This document shows, piece by piece, positions 28,901-32,000 of a DNA stretch of 32,000 nucleotides. Under the pieces are notes generated by a model. That model was not told the DNA's origin. It ran no database searches and worked only from the letters and a program-made list of their open reading frames with translations. The stretch lies in contig NC_002939.5 of assembly GCF_000007985.2 (NCBI RefSeq), positions 270,001 through 302,000 on the forward strand. Reading direction: 5' to 3'. Both the position numbers and the translations under genes were made by a program. This DNA comes from Geobacter sulfurreducens PCA (GTDB lineage Bacteria > Desulfobacterota > Desulfuromonadia > Geobacterales > Geobacteraceae). Within the stretch, counting starts at the first letter, position 1. Every line of letters starts with the position of its first letter.

Positions 28901-31900
28901 GCTCATATCGGTACCGGGAACAGTCAGGTCGGCGATGGTTACACCATAGGTGCCAGTGCCGGAACCCAGGTGCCCAGCATCGATAAAGTAAATGCCGTTT
29001 GAGGGGGCAGTGTAGGTTATGCGCGAATTAACGCCGATGAAATCGTCGTTAGAGGCAAGTTGGATACCCGTACTGTTACGCAGCGAGAGGAACACGTCAC
29101 CGGCCGTATAGCTGCCGTTTCCGATGAGATCGATTTGATACTGGTGGCCGGCGACGAGGTTGACTTTATACCAGTCGCGATCACCGGCGGACTCCACGGT
29201 GCCGCTGACCGTCCCGGCCGCACTGACGGTAAATGTGCTGGCAGTGCTGCCCGGTACTTCACCAGTGGGGGTGACGATGGTCACGTTGCCTTCGTTCTTG
29301 TCGGCTATCAGCGTGACGATGGAGACGCTTGCATCGTCGTTGGTCAGCACCGTGGATGCGCTGGCCGTGCCGATGACGCTGTTGGCCGGAGCCCCCGAGA
29401 GGGTCACGGTCATGGTTTCGTCCGACTCCACGGCGGAATCGCCCTTGACATTGACCACGATGGTGGCGCTCTCCTGGCCGTCGGCAAAACTGACCGTGCC
29501 GGTTGCCGCCTGCCCGCCGGCCAGGTCGTTGCCGGTCGCGAAGCCATCGGCGCCGGTGATGGTCCAGGTGAGATCACGGGCACCCACCAGAGAGCCCGTG
29601 CGGGTCACTGTGTAGGTGATGGTGCTGTCGCTGTTCCCCTCGGCGCGGCTGGCGGTCAGGGTACTGATGCTGAAGCTGTCGTCGTCGGTCAGGATGGTGG
29701 TGCTCTTGTCACCGTCCGTCCCTTCGATGGTGCCGCCGGTGGGATCGGCCAGTATCACTCGCAGGGTTTCATCGTTTTCCAGGGTCAGGTCCCCGGCCAC
29801 TTGAATGGTGATGTTCTTGCTGGTCTCTCCCGCGGCAAAGGTGATGGTGCCGCTGGGCAGGCCGCTGTTGGTGCCCAACAGGTCCTGGTTCCCGGTGAAG
29901 TCGGCGGTAGTCAGGCCGGTGGCGGGGGCCACGGACCATTGTACGCTGCCGGCGCCGGTGCTGTCGCCGCTACGGGTAACGGTGAAGGTGGCCGTGGCGC
30001 TGCCGGATTCACCTTCCGCAAAGGGCGCCGGTGCGCTCAGCGCGAAGTTGGTGTCGTCGTTGACAACCACCGTACTGTCACTGGCGGTGCCGATGATCCC
30101 GGCCGACGGGTTGGTCAGGGTGAGGGTAAAGGTCTCGTTCCCTTCGGCCAGGGTGTCGGCGATGACGTCGAAGGTGACGGATTTGCTGGTTTCACCGGCG
30201 GCAAAGGTAAGGGTGCCGGTGGGTAGAACACCGCCCTGAACGTCGCTTGTGGCGGCGCCGCCCGCGCCGGTGACGGCGTAGTCGATGGTGACGCTGTCGC
30301 TCAGGTCGCCGGTGCGGGTAATGGTGTAGGCGATCTGAGTGGTGCCGGCGGAGCCTTCGGTCACGGAGGCGTTGGCAGCGCTGACGCTGAAGCTCTGGTC
30401 GTCGTTGCGGATGATGCCGCCGACGGTGGCGTCCTGGATCAGCTGCGGCGTTGCGTCGGTAAGCTGGGCATTGCTGATGGTGACAGTGAACTCCTCATCC
30501 TGCTCCACTACGGTGTCGCCGCTGACCGTGAAGCTGATCTCCTTGCTGGCTTCATTCTCGGCAAAGGAAAGCGTGCCGCCCGGCAGGCTGCCGCCGAAGT
30601 CGTCGGCATTGGCTGGGGATGCGCCGCTACCGGCAACATCCCAGTCGACGGTGGCCGCGGAGCTGATGTCGCCGGCCCGGGTAACCCGGAAGGTGTAAGT
30701 GACGGTGCCGCCATTGGCTTCGGTATGGTCGGCAGCAAGGGCAATGATGGAAAAGCCGGTATCATCGTTGCTGATGACGGCACTGGCGCTGTTGCCGGAC
30801 ACTTCGGTATTGGCGCCGGCTCCCTGCAGTTGGATGCTGAAGGTCTCATCCTGCTCCACCTGGTTGTCCGTGGCCACTAAGACGGTAATGGTTTTGGAGG
30901 TCTCGTCGGCGGCAAAGGATATGGTTCCCGACGGCAGGCCGCTGTTTGTGCCGAGCAGGTCCTGCCCCGCGACAAAGTCGTTGCCCGCGGCGGAACCGGC
31001 TCCGCCGGGAAGCTGCAGCACCCAGTCGATGGTGGTTTCCGTGGAGGTGTCGCCGGTGCGGGTCACGGTGAAGGTGAAGGAAGTAGCTTCGCCGTCGCCG
31101 GTGTTGTGCTCGTTTTGCGAGGCAGCGTCGGCGGTGATTGTCAGGGAGGCGTCGTCGTTGACCACGTCAGTCGTGGCTGTGGCTGAGGTGATGTAGGTCC
31201 GGTCGTGGGCCGGGTTGCCCGCCGGGTTGCTCAGCGTGATGGTGAGAGTTTCGTCGCTTTCGCTGACATTGTCGCCGATCTGGGTGAGATTGATGGTTTT
31301 GACGGTTTCGCCGGCGCCAAAGTTGATCGTGCCGGAGAGGGCCGTGCCGTTGGCGAAGTCGGCGGCGTCCATGCCGCTGGCGGACCAGTCGATGCTGACC
31401 GGGGAAGCCAGGTCACCCGTACGGGTAACGGTGAACTGCAGCACGCGGCTGCTGCCCGTTGCGCCTTCCATAACCGACGCGGTACCGGCGCTGATAGCGA
31501 TGCTGATATCGTCTGCCACCACCGTGCCGTTTGCCGATGCGGTCATGATGTCGGCATTGCCGTCGGCGCCCGAGAGGGTGATGGTAAAGCCCTCGCCGGG
31601 CTCGATGTCGGTGTCGCCGGAGGCCTGTACTTCGATTGTTTTTGTGGTTTCGCCCGGGGCGAAGACCAGCGTTCCGGACGGGAGCGTGCCGCCGAAATCC
31701 GCAGCGTCAACCGGATGCCCGCCCGAGCCGGCAAGGGCCCAGTCGACGGTGGTGGTTCCGGTGGTGACGCCGGTGCGGGTGACGGTGAAGACGTGGGTTA
31801 CTGTGCCGCTGTCTCCTTCCGCCAGTGTCGTGGTTGTTGCCGTTATGGCCAGTCCGGTATCGTCGTTGCGAATCACGCCATCCGCGCTGGCGGTGGTAAG

Positions 31901-32000
31901 AGTGGTTCCGTCCGACGGCGAGGAGAGGGTGACGCGGAATCCTTCGTCCGCTTCCTGGAAGTAGTCGCCGTTGACGGTGATCGTGATGGTCTTGCTGCTT
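19982..32000 (-). CDS. Giant Calx-beta-repeat T1SS substrate (putative Ca-dependent surface adhesin); 5'-truncated by the window edge, with over 4,000 codons visible
   Basis: The same frame stays open from 32000 down to the TAA at 19982. The residues upstream of the ORF-track 'M' at 31876 (...SSKTITITVNGDYFQEADEGFRVTLSSPSDGTTLTTASADGV-IRNDD) are another repeat, so the true start lies beyond the window. It has ~29 repeats of the Calx-beta signature, is essentially Cys-free, is acidic and Thr/Gly/Asp-rich, has Gly/Asp-rich degenerate C-terminal repeats, and is immediately followed by a T1SS. Confidence 0.95.
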   Translation of the reverse strand, partial: SSKTITITVNGDYFQEADEGFRVTLSSPSDGTTLTTASADGVIRNDDTGLAITATTTTLAEGDSGTVTHVFTVTRTGVTTGTTTVDWALAGSGGHPVDAADFGGTLPSGTLVFAPGETTKTIEVQASGDTDIEPGEGFTITLSGADGNADIMTASANGTVVADDISIAISAGTASVMEGATGSSRVLQFTVTRTGDLASPVSIDWSASGMDAADFANGTALSGTINFGAGETVKTINLTQIGDNVSESDETLTITLSNPAGNPAHDRTYITSATATTDVVNDDASLTITADAASQNEHNTGDGEATSFTFTVTRTGDTSTETTIDWVLQLPGGAGSAAGNDFVAGQDLLGTNSGLPSGTISFAADETSKTITVLVATDNQVEQDETFSIQLQGAGANTEVSGNSASAVISNDDTGFSIIALAADHTEANGGTVTYTFRVTRAGDISSAATVDWDVAGSGASPANADDFGGSLPGGTLSFAENEASKEISFTVSGDTVVEQDEEFTVTISNAQLTDATPQLIQDATVGGIIRNDDQSFSVSAANASVTEGSAGTTQIAYTITRTGDLSDSVTIDYAVTGAGGAATSDVQGGVLPTGTLTFAAGETSKSVTFDVIADTLAEGNETFTLTLTNPSAGIIGTASDSTVVVNDDTNFALSAPAPFAEGESGSATATFTVTRSGDSTGAGSVQWSVAPATGLTTADFTGNQDLLGTNSGLPSGTITFAAGETSKNITIQVAGDLTLENDETLRVILADPTGGTIEGTDGDKSTTILTDDDSFSISTLTASRAEGNSDSTITYTVTRTGSLVGARDLTWTITGADGFATGNDLAGGQAATGTVSFADGQESATIVVNVKGDSAVESDETMTVTLSGAPANSVIGTASASTVLTNDDASVSIVTLIADKNEGNVTIVTPTGEVPGSTASTFTVSAAGTVSGTVESAGDRDWYKVNLVAGHQYQIDLIGNGSYTAGDVFLSLRNSTGIQLASNDDFIGVNSRITYTAPSNGIYFIDAGHLGSGTGTYGVTIADLTVPGTDMSAPAYGVGAQPYTFTITRTGDTTHGSTVEWRVAQGVGVDAVDFGSVGSQDLLGDNSGLPSGTVTFAAGEISKTLTVNIATDSAKETDEILRVVLSNPSAGTEVITASADGIVRNDDAELNITAGTFNLLEGDGLHGTGKAMTYTVTRTGNINQTSTVDWSVVHGTTSSADFTNGVGSNLTPSGTLTFASGVATQTIVVYVYGDTGVGSVEGDETFSIQLSNPNSGSALGNITSYTSTILEDDTRLVLSAADYSQAEKTAGNNTTYTYNIAREGYTGGTTNYSWAVGYTDPYTGNPAYMYDNTQSRYETVTANASDFTGSLSGSGSFSAGQTNASFTVTVTGDDTPEDDEWFAVNLTASSGYDEVTVIYDDPTKGTGTQLARTYYSPYRTYYDGQQVSSATNGVASNTNYLFSSIERDEAVYYLSDREVASTSVQTLNPGDGLRTRVEGDTPADGGAGATTVTIEGVEYGYVEHIFAVQRQVATAGTASVGWRIGTYYNAAVSADDFLTITRDGNGDITAITTAGALPSGTVTFADGQEWAYIKFYTKVDDIGEYDEYFSIFLENPSAGSSIYTYDTVSYPQYNYGIITNDDTRFDASVNDVVEGGTLTYTVTRSGDSRGTDTVDWSLALPGSEATNESNNSTGTWYKLDPSDIDSVTPSNGTATYNAGTLTWSGTLTFEDGETTKTITVVTTDDSWTETWREELPIVLSNATNVNAGEGNHDQETASTGYTDTARVYDNESDPLIGVSVGSSTTWEGTGANDSATGNSVTFTITRTDQGGRDGSLNYPTTVAWRLDGSGINWGSANNSAEILTYGGDAASVNEYTSNTTYGVVTFAAGETSKNVVVTFTGDRYVESDKTLTFTVLDPDDAEHGPLYTDFYGPADINNAQASVTTTLKNDDIRLWVGGWDTYSGDANGYYTNVQTSAYEGNPLTFAVNRYGRLDCDIVVNYTLINGTTTNGDFTTTSGSFTLAAQGSAYGEYTYSISLADLLTDDTTVEANETFTLRLSAPGDSAGSSVRFQSYYADYTSSYNSPATTLDVRGTVYDDDTTYTLTPASTSLVETDQGASQTFSFDVTRGGTGYTGAAQLRWRVEAVGGTPADSADFTSTDLLGTNNGLPSGTVSFANGELTKTFSVLIRGDLVAENNETFRVVLYEDVLTSSSPTITNSQSVASSTLTIVTDDTGISIADSTLTESDANQTMTFTITRSGDTSGTSSMNWTLYHGTTTAGDFSGATTGTVSFAAGETSKTISVTVAGDATPEADETFTILLSNLVGVDEAIDISATGTIKNDDSSFAIAGDAASSPESGSQTFTITRTNDTAQSQTITWSVSAGSAGAADFGGSLPSGSVTFAPGEMSKTITISPSSDATPETDESYTVSIALGAGTTGDTITQATATGTIENDDAAIYIAADQTNQQEGHSGTTPFTFTVTRTGNTTGAASVDWALSSAGASAADFTTADGLGSNGGLPSGTITFADGESAKTITIEIVGDEVVEADESFTITLSNAAGGAIITGSAGSTIANDDSTIAIAADSAVKNEGNSGTTAYTFTITRTGYLGEAETVEYSVAGSGAHPADGTDFNGTTGTLTLAAGEATTTLTINVSGDLSGEPDEDFTVTLSNPSSGVTITTDTATGSILADDIVFDVAAPASQTEGNPGDTTYFDFVVTRSGNLSGSQTLTWSVAGIGADGTSGSDFDSTTGTVTFDPGETSKTISVPVKGDYLGEADENFRLTLTGPDGVVFTHNSADATIIDDEASLRISATDAGRAEGANGVTSYTFTVTRTGNTALEATVDWSLAAGATDPDDFAGGTLPSGSLSFAAGELSKTITVDVAGDTAIEGDESFTVSLSNASTGADIVIGSATGTIVSDDVEWTVSPLSVPAVEGDGASSYVFRVTRTGSLSATTLDWSTAGSGTNPADADDFLGSFFPSGTLVFAQGQTSQDIVVQIAGDNLLEADKEFSVTLAAPVNGLTHSYAEQTASATIVNDDDVISIAPLSADHAEGTDSSSPFTFTVTRTGSLTGTSTVGWRIVHGDTSADDFVATTGTVSFADGQDTATLTVLVSGDRNLEGDEGFSVELYNPGAGSTVDDTATTASGIIHDDDVDLSLAAADANVAEGDSSTAGHATFTVTRSGDLSVETSVNWNVVAGTATAADFAGGELPGGTVVFGAGESSKTITIDLAGDGAWEGNETYTVQLSGASDHADIVANNVSGQIIDDDDTLTLSAVSADHAEGNSGATIYTFRIDRAGTATGATSVEWIAAGSGAHPTDQDDLLATTGTVTFADGETSKTFTVEVAGDTTGEYDETFSVSLANPAYGSTTVGAPVTATVRNDDAVLFVRADHVSVAEGADGVETTFTFTVTRSGDTSGAASALWEVTGSGLRPANAADFGGIFPSGAVAFQPGESTQQISLTVLGDAVGEYDETFSLVLSDPEGATILEGTAETIIANDDTGISITALDADKAEGNNGLTDFTFRIERVGLANGAASVSWAVAGTGSYPAGADDFAGGILPSGTVYFADGESVKDITIQVAGDETYGQDQTFRVLLSNPAGANLINADATGVIRNDDSQVAITALDTAKLEGNAGTTTFSFQVTRTGALDTSATIDWDVIGSGGHQTVAGDFAGNSFPGGALTFAVGESSKTITVEVAGDTLTEVDEEFSVRLRNPGSGVSIAPNAGEASATILSDDDGVVLIGLDVDRHEGASGTQTVYTYQVLRSGNIDAPITLNYAVSGDVDSADFMSPLTGSFEMGAGENSRLLTLTVNGDDIVEPDEFFQVTLSGSGINIDSTPVTGAIRGDDVAGDGNDVIHAAATADTINSGAGDDVIHLTMDNLLHLQVTDGAHVDGGLGFDTILFDAAGQEFDLVALVANDAMSGIEKIDLGGEGNTLRLTTAELLHQDQNLFSILANGSEPFHQLMVDGDADDEVIIADITNWSHGAADTYTDGSVTYDVYTNGTDHTQLLINQAITNVHGVAG
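19985..20515 (-). other. C-terminal Gly/Asp-rich degenerate RTX-like repeats plus a type I secretion target region
   Basis: GDGNDVIHA / SGAGDDVIH / DGGLGFDTILF / GGEGNTLRL, followed by an acidic and hydrophobic tail (...DDEVIIADITNW...LLINQAITNVHGVAG). This resembles the C-terminal target domains of large repetitive T1SS substrates. Confidence 0.65.
20516..32000 (-). repeat. Tandem array of ~29 complete (+1 partial) Calx-beta-type coding repeats (~100-130 aa each)
   Basis: Recurring signature: NDD-x-(I/L)-x-I..A....EG(N/D)SG....(F/Y)T(V/I)TR(T/S)G......(V/I)DW......A...DF..G.LPSGT(V/L)(T/S)FA.GE(T/S)SKTI(T/V)V.V.GD...E.DE.F.V.LSN. I counted the (T/I/V)xR(T/S/A)G cores by eye. The copies are diverged at the nucleotide level. 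Confidence 0.85.
28910..29290 (-). other. Pre-peptidase C-terminal (PPC, PF04151-like) domain embedded in the adhesin
   Basis: FTVSAAGTVSGTVESAGDRDWYKVNLVAGHQYQIDLIGNGSYTAGDVFLSLRNSTGIQLASNDDFIGVNSRITYTAPSNGIYFIDAGHLGSGTGTYGVTIADL matches the PPC pattern (G.l....D.DWY.f.l.aG....i.l....D..L.L.d..G..lA..d......s.i.y.A..sG.Yyi.V......G.Y.l). Confidence 0.7.

Noticed and set aside
31876-31878. The ORF-track start codon of the giant protein
   Set aside because: The frame remains open up to base 31999. The upstream residues continue the repeat (…TITITVNGDYFQEADEGFRVTLSS…DGV-IRNDD), so this is an internal GTG/Val, not the start. The gene is 5'-truncated by the window.
19808-31964. Dozens of 60-440-aa ORFs on the + strand and in off-frames inside the giant gene (e.g. 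21062-22393, 27293-28234, 29060-30226)
   Set aside because: All overlap the single continuous minus-strand repeat frame. The repetitive GNN/NNC codon usage of that frame suppresses stops on the opposite strand. The translations are Gly/Ala/Val/Arg-rich with no motifs.
20516-32000. Periodic repeats that could be mistaken for a CRISPR array or satellite DNA
   Set aside because: The period is ~300-400 bp, the repeats are diverged at the nucleotide level and in frame, and there is no short repeat/spacer structure. They are protein-domain repeats.

Overview
High-GC sequence that looks deltaproteobacterial (Geobacter/Desulfuromonadales-like); this taxonomic guess rests on gene content only. All 15 confident genes are tightly packed.

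Positions 1-14.8 kb are core or housekeeping functions:
- A LysR regulator sits divergent to an AEC-transporter/Bcr-MFS pair.
- A GntR(HutC)-TauE-DUF1634 operon lies behind a perfect 22-bp palindrome.
- glmU-glmS.
- A conserved hypothetical gene plus a B12-binding radical-SAM gene.
- A nine-heme c-type cytochrome fused to a di-heme cytochrome-b membrane domain (CbcL-type inner-membrane quinol oxidoreductase), preceded by a conspicuous ~290-bp AT-rich region.

Positions 15.2-32 kb form one minus-strand accessory module. A giant Calx-beta-repeat protein is open from the window edge at 32000 to its stop at 19982, so its N-terminus lies outside the window. It is followed by its own type I secretion system (TolC-like, ABC with an N-terminal extension, HlyD-like).

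The most interesting observations are inside the giant gene:
- A pre-peptidase-C-terminal (PPC) type domain nested inside one Calx-beta repeat.
- A ~2.4-kb block of strongly divergent, aromatic-rich modules.
- A hairpin between the substrate gene and the T1SS genes.

I also flag a ~300-nt structured GC-rich leader upstream of the AEC transporter with glycine-riboswitch-like motifs (low confidence).

I saw no rRNA, tRNA, CRISPR array or intact mobile element. All family assignments come from motif recognition by eye, not from searches.
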